Positions 24,271 to 33,499 of a stretch of DNA of 64,000 nucleotides are shown here, piece by piece. The DNA is from a bacterium (GTDB taxonomy: Bacteria; Patescibacteriota; Gracilibacteria; UBA1369; GCA-2718715). A program made the position numbers and the translations under genes. A model generated the notes under the pieces. It was not told the origin of the DNA. It ran no database searches and worked only from the letters and a program-made list of their open reading frames with translations. Every line of letters begins with the position of its first letter. Positions within the stretch are counted from its first letter, which is position 1. Where the stretch lies: positions 12,447 through 76,446 of the forward strand of contig PBFJ01000014.1 of NCBI GenBank assembly GCA_002718715.1, given 5' to 3'.

Positions 24271-24816
24271 TTATTTCTTTTTAACTTGGTTAAAATCAAG
24301 TTCAACAGGAGTTTCTCTTCCGAACATTGAAATAAGAACAACAACCTTACCTTTATCTTGTTCAATTTTTTCAATTTCACCTTCGTAATTTTGAAAGGGA
24401 CCTTCAAGAACAGTAACTTGATCACCTTCTTCAACAGAAATTTGGAATTTTGCATCTTTTTTACCCATATGTTTTTCTACAATTTGCCATTCTTCTACTG
24501 ATACTGGTACAGGAATTGTTCCAGATCCAACGAAACCAGTTACATTTGGAGTATTTCTAACCATAAACCAAGAATCATCGTTTACATCCATTTTCACACA
24601 AACGTAACCTGGGAAAATTACCTTTTCTACTTCTTTAGGCTCCCCTTTTTTCATTACAATTTGTTTTTCTTTTGGAACAACTACATCAAAAATGTAATCT
24701 TGCATATTCATAGTGTCGATTCTTTGTAGTAAGGCTTCTCTTACTGCATCTTCGTATCCAGAATAGGTGTGAATCACATACCAATTTGTTCCTGTGTTTT
24801 GAGCTTGTCTAGACAT
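24271..24816 (-). CDS. nusG: Transcription termination/antitermination factor NusG
   Basis: NWYVIHTYSGYEDAV.. NGN domain and a C-terminal KOW (GDQVTVLEGPFQNYEGEI). Confidence 0.95.
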   Translation of the reverse strand: MSRQAQNTGTNWYVIHTYSGYEDAVREALLQRIDTMNMQDYIFDVVVPKEKQIVMKKGEPKEVEKVIFPGYVCVKMDVNDDSWFMVRNTPNVTGFVGSGTIPVPVSVEEWQIVEKHMGKKDAKFQISVEEGDQVTVLEGPFQNYEGEIEKIEQDKGKVVVLISMFGRETPVELDFNQVKKK

Positions 24817-24838
24817 TTATATAAAATTAATTTTTGAA

Positions 24839-25159
24839 TTATTCAGCAGAAGCTTCTAGAGCGTCTGTTGATACTGGGTTAATTTGAATTGCACTTGAAT
24901 CAATTTCGTTACCGTCTTGATCTGTTAACTTGATTGCAGATGTATCAATTTGGGGTTGAATTGGAGCTACAGCTTGAGATTTAGGAGAAATATCAATTAG
25001 ATAGTTGTAGAATTCTTTAAATCCACCATCTACTACTGTTAGAAAACCAGTTGCGATAACTGTAAACACAACTGTTAATACAGTTATTGAAATGGCATGA
25101 TTTTTAGTCGGCCAAGTTACTTTTTCTAATTCTTTGTAACTATCTTTAAGAAATTTCAT
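24839..25159 (-). CDS. secE: Preprotein translocase subunit SecE (with C-terminal extension)
   Basis: ELEKVTWPTKNHAISITVLTVVFTVIATGFLTVVDGGF, and a position directly upstream of nusG. Confidence 0.8.
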   Translation of the reverse strand: MKFLKDSYKELEKVTWPTKNHAISITVLTVVFTVIATGFLTVVDGGFKEFYNYLIDISPKSQAVAPIQPQIDTSAIKLTDQDGNEIDSSAIQINPVSTDALEASAE

Positions 25160-25331
25160 GGGGTTTGATTTAAATTTAAATACCTTTAAAAAGCAGGTCT
25201 TTTTTTTATATATTATTAGAATTCACCAAAATTGCAAGCAAAAAATCAATTTCTTAAAGCTTAATTTATGCTGGTAATTAAATTGCAGAAAAATTATAAT
25301 TAGTGTATAATTATAGGAATTAAATGTATTT

Positions 25332-26255
25332 ATGAAATTTTTAAAGAAATTAGTAATTTTAGTTGGTGTTTTATTAATGGGTTTGAATCTAGCTTTTGCC
25401 GAGGAAGTTAATGAAATTCCTGCAAGACCTTTTTTACCAATTAATAACGAAGCTTTTGAGGAAGATTTTGTGAATATTTCAGATACCGAAAAGGAAGATT
25501 TCTTTGGTAAGTCTAGTATTTTACTAAAAGATGTAACTTTTATTATTCAACTATTAATTGGAGCCTTAGCTAGTATACTGACCATATCTTCTGTTTTATC
25601 TATGCTTACTGCTGGTATGGATAGTGAGGAAGGCATGACGAAATTAAAAGATACTATATTATATATAGTAATGGGTATTGGTCTTGTTTTCTTAGCTGGA
25701 GAAATTGGATCTTTATTAAGTCTGCAAAAAGGTGGGGTTATTGGATCTAAAACGGATGTGCTAAAAAGAGTTCAAATTTTTGATCAAAATGTAGAAGTGT
25801 TGATTGCTCTGATAAGATATACTTTAGCCGGACTTGCCGTTTTATTTATAACAATTTCAGGAGTTAAAATGGTAGCTGGGGCTGGAAGCGAAGAAGATGC
25901 AGCTAAAGAAAAATCTTACATTACTTATGCAGCAATGGGTTTGATATTATTTTTAATCTTCGACAATATATTAGGTAACATAATATATAGTATAGGTTCG
26001 CCTTTTACGGATCCGACTATTTCACCAAGCGGAGCTAAGATGGAGCTAATTGGATTTACTAATTTGGTAGTTTCCTTTGTAGGACCGGTTGCAATACTTT
26101 CAACTGTAATTGGTGGAGTTATGTATGCCTCAAGCGGATTTGATGAAGAACAAGCTGCGAAAGCCAAAAGAATGATTGGAGTTTCTTTAGCTGGAATTAT
26201 CTTAATCTATGCGGCTTATAGTATTATTGCAACTGTAGTTGCTGGACAATTTTAA
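25332..26255 (+). CDS. Secreted membrane protein made of three tandem VirB2/TrbC-like 'T4SS pilin' hairpin units (307 aa)
   Basis: Signal peptide MKFLKKLVILVGVLLMGLNLAFA. Then three copies of [TM - (A/S)G..(S/D)EE...K.K - TM]: LTAGMDSEEGMTKLKD, VAGAGSEEDAAKEKS, ASSGFDEEQAAKAKR. Confidence 0.75.
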   Translation: MKFLKKLVILVGVLLMGLNLAFAEEVNEIPARPFLPINNEAFEEDFVNISDTEKEDFFGKSSILLKDVTFIIQLLIGALASILTISSVLSMLTAGMDSEEGMTKLKDTILYIVMGIGLVFLAGEIGSLLSLQKGGVIGSKTDVLKRVQIFDQNVEVLIALIRYTLAGLAVLFITISGVKMVAGAGSEEDAAKEKSYITYAAMGLILFLIFDNILGNIIYSIGSPFTDPTISPSGAKMELIGFTNLVVSFVGPVAILSTVIGGVMYASSGFDEEQAAKAKRMIGVSLAGIILIYAAYSIIATVVAGQF

Positions 26256-26264
26256 CCTTTAAAT

Positions 26265-27248
26265 ATGCTTTCTTTTATAAAAAAATTTTTAATCTCACTT
26301 GGACTAATTAGTACCCTACTTTTTACAAACCTAGCTTTTGCTGAAACTCCTGATTCAAGTAACCCTCAAGGTTTCTTAAAAGATAGATTAGACTTAATTT
26401 TCGAAAAGTATTCAGCAGAAACTGGATTACTTCCTGTGTCTGATACCTCGTCGAAATTTGTTCTTGAAGAAAGAGGTTACTTTAATATAACATCTGTAGT
26501 TTATGCAATTATTGGTCTTATGAAATATGTAGCTTATGCCATAATGTCTATTACTATTGTGATTTCGATTGTTAAATTAATAACCGCTGGAAGCGAAGGG
26601 GCTGAAGAAGTTTGGGGGAATATGAAAAAGTACTTACTGCAAATTTTAATTGCAGTGGGGGTTATATTAACCGCTGAGTTTATTTTTAATAAAGTAATAA
26701 TGCCATCAGCTGTAAGTTCGATCGCAGGAGCCAAAGAGGCTGCCGGGCAAATTGGTGGAGAACTAGCTGGAATTGTTGGAATCATTCAAGGTTTAATTGT
26801 GATATTCTCAATCTGTATGCTAATTTTTGCTGGGAGTAAAATGGTTGCAAATATGGGAGATGAAGAAGCTATGAGTAAAGCTAAAAATCAAATTTTCTGG
26901 GGAGCTGGTGGTCTACTTGTAGTAATGTTGGGTGGAACTTTAGTTAATGAAATAATTTTTGTAAATGCCGAGTCGGTAGACCCAATAGCTGGATCTAGAT
27001 TGATTGTAAATATTACTAATTTTATTTCAGGAATAATTGGAACTATAAGTTTAATGGCATTCTTTTATGCCGGCGGCCAATACATTGTGGGTGGATTTAC
27101 AGAAGTCAACCAGGACTCAATTAAAAATGCGATATTTGGTGGAATAATTGGACTTGTGATAGCTCTTGGAGCATTTGCGATTGTTAACACTGTAATTGAC
27201 TTAGATAATCCAAGTGTACAGGTTTTTGATCAACAGCCAGAGTTTTAG
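26265..27248 (+). CDS. Second triple pilin-hairpin protein (327 aa), paralogue of 25332-26255
   Basis: Signal peptide ..LLFTNLAFA. Units ITAGSEGAEEVWGNMKK, VANMGDEEAMSKAKNQ and VGGFTEVNQDSIKNA, each flanked by TM helices. Ends with ..AFAIVNTVIDLD. Confidence 0.75.
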   Translation: MLSFIKKFLISLGLISTLLFTNLAFAETPDSSNPQGFLKDRLDLIFEKYSAETGLLPVSDTSSKFVLEERGYFNITSVVYAIIGLMKYVAYAIMSITIVISIVKLITAGSEGAEEVWGNMKKYLLQILIAVGVILTAEFIFNKVIMPSAVSSIAGAKEAAGQIGGELAGIVGIIQGLIVIFSICMLIFAGSKMVANMGDEEAMSKAKNQIFWGAGGLLVVMLGGTLVNEIIFVNAESVDPIAGSRLIVNITNFISGIIGTISLMAFFYAGGQYIVGGFTEVNQDSIKNAIFGGIIGLVIALGAFAIVNTVIDLDNPSVQVFDQQPEF

Positions 27249-27274
27249 TTTTTCAATCACAATATAATTTTTAT

Positions 27275-27302
27275 AACTAAGTTTTAGGACTTAGTTTTTT
27301 TT
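27275..27302 (+). terminator. Rho-independent terminator after the two pilin-like genes
   Basis: aactaagt-tttagg-acttagtt followed by T8. Confidence 0.65.
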
Positions 27303-27438
27303 ATTGAAAAAACTTTGTGCAAGATTTTTCAAAACCATGTATAATATACTTGTTAAAATTGTGCATTTCTGTGGTTTTTTGTTGTCAAAAAGCCCAAAAT
27401 TTGATACAATATAGGGAATAATAATTAATTAATTTTAA

Positions 27439-30400
27439 ATGGCGAAATTTAATAGAATTAAAAATTGTTTAAAAGCTGTATTTGTAGGCTTTTTTGCGAT
27501 TTTACTACTTGGAGCTTTAGGAGGCTCAAGTTATACAACTCATGCGGATTTTTGTTCGGATGTATCTTCTGAATTCGGAGGATTTTTGGAGTGTGATGAA
27601 AAATTTTCATCTTTTTCAAGTTTCCGAGGAGGAATCAAAGCTCCAACTGGAGATGGTCTTGATCCAAGTTTAACGCAAACTGACAGTGCTCAGGATTTTG
27701 TTTTAAATATTGCAAACTTTGCTCTTGGATTTTTAGGAACGATTGCAATTTTAGTAATTGTTTATTCTGGATTCTTATATGTGACTTCTGCGGTGGATGA
27801 CTCAAATATTGAATCTGCAAAAAACAATATAAAATACTCAATCTATGGAATCTTAGTAATCTTAGGTTCATACGCCATTGTGAACACAGTTATTCAAGCT
27901 CCAGGTGGAGACAGCTCTTCTCAACTAGCCAACCAATCAAACTTAGAACAATTAGATAGATTTAATTCAGTTGCTTTTGAATTAAAAGATATTGCAAGAG
28001 ACATGACGCAAGCCTATGAAATCTATCGCCAGGATACTACTAACCTTCGAAGTTTATTAGCTACCAAACCATCGGAGTTTAATACGAGAAAAAATACTAT
28101 TACACAACTGCAAAGAATGCGTAATGCATTTATTAACCTTGAAAAACAAAGAGGTGCACTTTCTAACACAGGATTTCTAGCAAGAGATGTAGTCGAATTT
28201 GGTATAGACCCTACAATTACTACCTTAAATGGTATTATTACTGCCGAAAGAGAAAGTGAATTGGAAAATCGATATAAAGATTCACCTGCGGCAAATTTAA
28301 TAGAAAACATCGCAGGAGGTGTAGCTAACTTTTTCGCAAATCTATTTGAAAAAGACGATGAAATGCTTTTTTATGTATGTTCATTAGAACCTGAAGATAG
28401 GCCTATAAGCTATAAAGTAGAAGACTGTGAAAATGCCTTTAGACCTCAAGCTCAAGGAATTGAATTAACTATTGATTTCAATCCAAATAGTAATATCGAC
28501 CCAGATGATGATAAATCAAAAACTCTTGGTGATTTGTATCCACTAACAAGTAAACTTGTAAAAGATTACAACGATATGAAAAACGATGATAACGATAACT
28601 CTGGAAATAAAATTCATGATTTTGTCTATTATAGAAATGCTATATTGATAGCTTACACTCTTGAAGCTGGTGTTAAAGAAGATTTTGATCTACAACTTTC
28701 AAATATTAAAACTAGAATGAAAGTGATAAAAGACTTGGTTTCTTCTTACCCAGAATTAAAAAATAATCTACAAGCTTTAATTGATGATCTTCCAGATGTA
28801 GTTGATGCCTCAAACAATGCAACTGCTGATTTTAAAGATGACGATGGAGCTGGATCTGATTGGCACGTATTTGATTTGAAAACAAGTGCAAAATCAACTC
28901 TTAGTTTTTCAGGTGAATCTACTCAAAAGAAAGTGGCAGGATTTATTCAATCCTTATCAGAAATTCATACTAAAATTGAAAATGCTAAATTCACTGTACC
29001 GGTGATTGATGTAAATGTAGTTGAAGGTTCAGCACCACTTGTTGTGACTTTTGATGCAAGTGGAAGTTATGATCCAAGTAATAGATCTGTGCTAACAGAT
29101 AGTCAAGATTCGGGAGTTAATGATAATGTAAATAGATTACTGTGGGACGTAAATGGAAATGGAAAATTTGAGTCTTCGGTAGGAGTTACTAGTAATACAG
29201 AGCCTTTCTCTGCTATTAATTCTGAGCAAATTAGCTGTAGTAATTATGAGTCTGAAAGCGTTTCTTTTACATGTACATTTAAACAACCTGGATCTTTTAG
29301 AGTAGGGTTAATGCTTAAATCCCTTTCGCAAACTTCAACAGTTGATGCTGCTCCGTGGGTAGAAGCAATGAGTGATCAACCAGTTACTGGTCCTATTCTA
29401 CTTGATGTGGAATCTGAGCTGAAAAATATTCTGACTGGGATTGCTTATCAAACAATTAGAGTAAAACCTCCGACTTCGAGGATTAACCTGCTTGGATACT
29501 CCTCTACAAATAGTGCTTTTAGTGGAGATATGTTAATGAACTCTCTAAATTCAATTGATACAATTGGTGACAAGGGTTTAAGATGGCATTCAGAGAGTGG
29601 AATTTTATTATATGACAATCCTGAAATTAAATTTACCTTAGCTGAAGCTAGCTCTGGGATTACTTTTGATGCTTCATTTTCTGAACCAAGCGAAAATTTA
29701 AATAGGTTTTCATGGAGATTTTCAGATAAAGCTGGTAACTTTTCTGGAACTACTGGTACACCAGAGAATTTACCTGATAATCTAATTAATGATTCAAATA
29801 CAGAGATTATTCAAGATAATCTTTTGGGGCCGAAAATCACGCGGAATTTTGACAAGAGAGGTCGAGTGCAAGTGCAACTTGAAGTGGAAGATAATAATGG
29901 AAACTTAGATAGAAAAATGTTTGATGTTGTGGTTGGAAGCTTGGTTGCAAGATTAAGAACCAATAAAACTTCTGGATTTATTGGTGAAGAGTTTACATTA
30001 AGTGCAGAAGACTCAAGATCAGACTTTGGATCAATTACTTATAAATGGACAGTAGATGGTGAAGAAAATGCCTTGGATTGTAATGCTGATAACGATGATT
30101 TTGTATGTTCTTTCAATGAAGATGGAGATGTTTTAAGATTTAGAGCTTTGCAACCTAAAGATTTTAATATTTCGGTAGAAGTTTCTTCGGAAAGTGCTGA
30201 GGGTGTATCTGAATCGGCTTCGGTGAATTTGGATGTGAATCCAAGACCGCTTGAACCGCTAATTGTGATTGATCAAAATAGTCTGTTTGATCCGGCTAAA
30301 TTTACTTTAAATGCAAGTTTAACTTCTGATCCAGATGAGCAAATTGATAATTTTAATCCAGCTGCAAGCTATACCACTGAATATGAATGGAAAGTTTTAA

Positions 30401-33400
30401 ATGGAGTTGAAAATACTGATTATCAAGAATTAATTCCTGATAATCAAGAAGAAACAGAAATAACTTTCTTAAAACCGGGAACTTACCGAATTGGTTTGAA
30501 GGCTAGTAAAGTTTCTACTGATGAACCTAATGAGGTTTTAGTGAGTAGTACTGCGGAAAGCTCGTTGCTGGTAAGTGGTGTTATGAACTTAGTATTAGAT
30601 AATCCTGGAGCTGGAACGCTTGAAGCCAATGTAGAAACTGGATTACTTGAAAGTGGTGAAGTAGTTGTGACTGTGACTTCAAGAACTGCGAATCGAGTTA
30701 CTTTGGACTTTGGAGATGGAACTCGTGAATCATTAAAAAGACCTGCAGGTATAGCTTCAGGTCAGGATCATAGATTTGAGTTTACACATACTTATGCCTT
30801 AGCTGGTTCATATAAAATTGGGGTTTTTGCAGAAAGTGAAACTGAATCAAAAGCTTTAAGTAGTACGATTATTATTGGTGGTGGAGATACTCCTACTGCG
30901 GTAATTGCGGCTACTGTGGGTGGAAACACTTTCTTAAGTGGAGCTAATGATCTGCCTGATGTATTTAGAAAAACTAGAATTGAGTTTGATGCTTCGAAAT
31001 CTTTGAACTTAGATGGGACAAATAAAGGTCTTAAATATTCATGGGATTTAGGAGATGGTACTACTAGAACTCAAAAGAAATTTATTTATAACTATAAAGA
31101 TTATCCGCCTCTTGGGGAACCTGGATTTGATGTTACTTTAACTATTACGGATGCCAAAGATCCGGAAGTTACAAATACTGCAAATTTATTTGTACCACTT
31201 GGTAAAGCGAAACCTTCGATTGAAAATATCTCAGCTGAAAGTATTAATGGTCCAGTTACACCTTTTGATGTAAGAGTTAAAGCTGTGGGTCCTTATGATG
31301 CTGATGGTAGAATCGAAACATTTAGATACTACTACTTCCCTCTTGATGATCCAGATGAACAATTAGGAGTGAGAGTTTCTAAATCAGCAACTGAAGTACT
31401 TAGAATAGGAACTAGGGGTGATGAAGGCGAAGAAGTTGACTATGGAATTTGTATTGATGTGATTGATAACGAAGGAATTGAAAGAAAATGTGAAGTTATG
31501 TTCTTAGAAGGAACTCCGGCTGTGATTACAGCAATAAATGGAGAAAATAAATTACCTTCTTCTAAATTTAGAGCTGATAAAACTTCGGTGAAAATTGGAG
31601 AAAGCGTGACTTTCTTTGACCAATCTTTCGATCCAGATGGAACAGTAGTTGAAAGAAAATATGATATTTTAGGTGATGGAAGTTTTGCGAACGATGAAGT
31701 TTTTATTTCTAGAGCTTCTGTAATTAATTACGATACTATTTCTCCTAGAAAAGGATTTAGAGTTGTGCAACAAGTTGTGGATGACAAAGGTGGAGTTGCA
31801 GTTAGTAATCCTATCTTTATATATGTAGAATCAAATTTTGAACCACCTGAAGCTGCCTTTGTGGTTGAAGTAGATGGAATGGATATTTCTATCCAAAATA
31901 ATTCTCAAGCGGACGTAAATGCAAATATTGCGAGTTATGGATGGGATTTTGATATTAAAACAGATTCAGATGGAAATGATGTTGCAGATGACGACTTGGA
32001 CTCTACTGAAAACGAACCAAACTTTACTTATACAAGAAGTGGTCAAAAAACTATTAAACTAACTGTTACTGATAATGAAGGAAATGTGGATACAGCTACT
32101 GAAACTATTGAAATTGGTGGAAAATTAGCCCTTCCAAGAGCAGCCTTTAATTTCTCGAGAGATAAATTAAAAGTTGTTACAAAAAACAATTCTGAAGCGG
32201 ACTTTATTAACGGTGGTGAAATTGTTTCATATGAATGGGATTTTGATATTGCTACGGATTCCAAAGGTGGAAAAGATCCGGCAAACAATGTTGATTCAAC
32301 TAGTAAAAATCCAGTTATAAATTACGATAAGCCAGGAACTTATACAGTTGCATTAACTGTGGAAGATAACGAAGGTAACCGTGATAGAATTGAAAAAGCA
32401 ATCGCGGTTCAAGAAGAAAAAACTGCTAAACCCCAAGCTGCCTTTACCTATGAAGTTTTAGAGGATAAAACTGTGAAATTCACCAGCAATGCAAAAGTTG
32501 CTGAAGGATCTAATTTAACAATTCGAGAAATTTATTGGGATTTTAATATAAATCCAAATGATCCAAATGCGGATGCAGATGGAAATGGATTTGCAGACGA
32601 TGATCAAGAAGAAGTTGGAAACAACTCTCCTTCTTTCACTTACGATAGTTATGGAGTAAAAAGAGTTTCATTAACTGTTACTGATTCGGCTTTAAGTACA
32701 GATACTGTTGAAAGAATAATTGAGATTCCTTTTCCTCAGGCTGCAACTCCCACTCAACAAGCTATAAATGATTTAAGTAATAGTGGACAAGCTCCTCAAA
32801 ATGCAACAAATGTTCCAACTAATCAGCAAATATTTCCTGGAAATATTAATCCTAATGCAAGCGGACTTTCTGCTGACAATAATAGAATTTTTCAAAAAAC
32901 TCCTGAACAAATTGCAATCGAAAGAGAACTTGGAATTGGACAAGATTCACAAGATGACTCTAGTACAGTTCAAGATAGTTTAGATTCATCGCAAAGCTTA
33001 ACGGATTTTAATCCAAATAAATTTATTATTACTGAGCCTGCCTACAATGAGTTTACAGATAAATTAACTTCAACTGAAAACTCTCAAGTTGTGACTTTTA
33101 AATTTGATCATCTTCCAAGTGAAATTATTGAAATTCAAGTTGATTCTAATGTTTATGTAGATACTAGTAACGATGGGATTTTTAACAACGATGTGGATTT
33201 TAGAACTATAAGTAAACAAGATTTCACAACAACTTATACATCTACATCAAGCGATATTAGAGCCAGAGTTACTTTAATTGATAACACTGGAGTCAAATAC
33301 TATGATTCGATTGATATTGAATTTAAAGGGTTGGATTTCTCTGCATCTTTAAACTTAGATGGAGATAAAACTATGCAAACTGCTTCAGTTGCTGTTTTTC

Positions 33401-33447
33401 TAACAGGAGCTTCAGCATTATTAGTTCGTTTGATAAGACTTTTTTAG
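27439..33447 (+). CDS. Giant surface protein (2002 aa): signal peptide + one pilin-like hairpin + helical stalk + long PKD/Ig-like array + C-terminal TM anchor
   Basis: N-terminus ..LGFLGTIAILVIVYSGFLYVTSAVDDSNIESAKNNIKYSIYGILVILGSYAIVNTVI shares the AIVNTVI end motif with 26265-27248. There are >=12 PKD-type modules with WDF/WDL..GDG signatures (YSWDLGDGT, YGWDFDIKTDSDGN, YEWDFDIATDS, IYWDFNINPND). C-terminus ..ASVAVFLTGASALLVRLIRLF. Confidence 0.9.
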   Translation: MAKFNRIKNCLKAVFVGFFAILLLGALGGSSYTTHADFCSDVSSEFGGFLECDEKFSSFSSFRGGIKAPTGDGLDPSLTQTDSAQDFVLNIANFALGFLGTIAILVIVYSGFLYVTSAVDDSNIESAKNNIKYSIYGILVILGSYAIVNTVIQAPGGDSSSQLANQSNLEQLDRFNSVAFELKDIARDMTQAYEIYRQDTTNLRSLLATKPSEFNTRKNTITQLQRMRNAFINLEKQRGALSNTGFLARDVVEFGIDPTITTLNGIITAERESELENRYKDSPAANLIENIAGGVANFFANLFEKDDEMLFYVCSLEPEDRPISYKVEDCENAFRPQAQGIELTIDFNPNSNIDPDDDKSKTLGDLYPLTSKLVKDYNDMKNDDNDNSGNKIHDFVYYRNAILIAYTLEAGVKEDFDLQLSNIKTRMKVIKDLVSSYPELKNNLQALIDDLPDVVDASNNATADFKDDDGAGSDWHVFDLKTSAKSTLSFSGESTQKKVAGFIQSLSEIHTKIENAKFTVPVIDVNVVEGSAPLVVTFDASGSYDPSNRSVLTDSQDSGVNDNVNRLLWDVNGNGKFESSVGVTSNTEPFSAINSEQISCSNYESESVSFTCTFKQPGSFRVGLMLKSLSQTSTVDAAPWVEAMSDQPVTGPILLDVESELKNILTGIAYQTIRVKPPTSRINLLGYSSTNSAFSGDMLMNSLNSIDTIGDKGLRWHSESGILLYDNPEIKFTLAEASSGITFDASFSEPSENLNRFSWRFSDKAGNFSGTTGTPENLPDNLINDSNTEIIQDNLLGPKITRNFDKRGRVQVQLEVEDNNGNLDRKMFDVVVGSLVARLRTNKTSGFIGEEFTLSAEDSRSDFGSITYKWTVDGEENALDCNADNDDFVCSFNEDGDVLRFRALQPKDFNISVEVSSESAEGVSESASVNLDVNPRPLEPLIVIDQNSLFDPAKFTLNASLTSDPDEQIDNFNPAASYTTEYEWKVLNGVENTDYQELIPDNQEETEITFLKPGTYRIGLKASKVSTDEPNEVLVSSTAESSLLVSGVMNLVLDNPGAGTLEANVETGLLESGEVVVTVTSRTANRVTLDFGDGTRESLKRPAGIASGQDHRFEFTHTYALAGSYKIGVFAESETESKALSSTIIIGGGDTPTAVIAATVGGNTFLSGANDLPDVFRKTRIEFDASKSLNLDGTNKGLKYSWDLGDGTTRTQKKFIYNYKDYPPLGEPGFDVTLTITDAKDPEVTNTANLFVPLGKAKPSIENISAESINGPVTPFDVRVKAVGPYDADGRIETFRYYYFPLDDPDEQLGVRVSKSATEVLRIGTRGDEGEEVDYGICIDVIDNEGIERKCEVMFLEGTPAVITAINGENKLPSSKFRADKTSVKIGESVTFFDQSFDPDGTVVERKYDILGDGSFANDEVFISRASVINYDTISPRKGFRVVQQVVDDKGGVAVSNPIFIYVESNFEPPEAAFVVEVDGMDISIQNNSQADVNANIASYGWDFDIKTDSDGNDVADDDLDSTENEPNFTYTRSGQKTIKLTVTDNEGNVDTATETIEIGGKLALPRAAFNFSRDKLKVVTKNNSEADFINGGEIVSYEWDFDIATDSKGGKDPANNVDSTSKNPVINYDKPGTYTVALTVEDNEGNRDRIEKAIAVQEEKTAKPQAAFTYEVLEDKTVKFTSNAKVAEGSNLTIREIYWDFNINPNDPNADADGNGFADDDQEEVGNNSPSFTYDSYGVKRVSLTVTDSALSTDTVERIIEIPFPQAATPTQQAINDLSNSGQAPQNATNVPTNQQIFPGNINPNASGLSADNNRIFQKTPEQIAIERELGIGQDSQDDSSTVQDSLDSSQSLTDFNPNKFIITEPAYNEFTDKLTSTENSQVVTFKFDHLPSEIIEIQVDSNVYVDTSNDGIFNNDVDFRTISKQDFTTTYTSTSSDIRARVTLIDNTGVKYYDSIDIEFKGLDFSASLNLDGDKTMQTASVAVFLTGASALLVRLIRLF

Positions 33448-33467
33448 TTTTTAATCAAAGTTTATTT

Positions 33468-33476
33468 TGCTATAAT
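33468..33476 (+). promoter_or_regulatory. Extended -10 element (TGcTATAAT) upstream of the 713-aa PKD gene
   Basis: tgctataat at 33468-33476, 23 nt before the ATG at 33500. The -35 is weak. Confidence 0.4.
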
Positions 33477-33499
33477 TTGTTTGTAATAATTTTTACTTT

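Noticed and set aside
24090-24455. 121-aa minus-strand ORF overlapping the nusG 3' end and the 5' end of the next gene.
   Set aside because: It is K/F/L-rich junk translation in an alternate frame. It overlaps two well-supported genes and spans a terminator.
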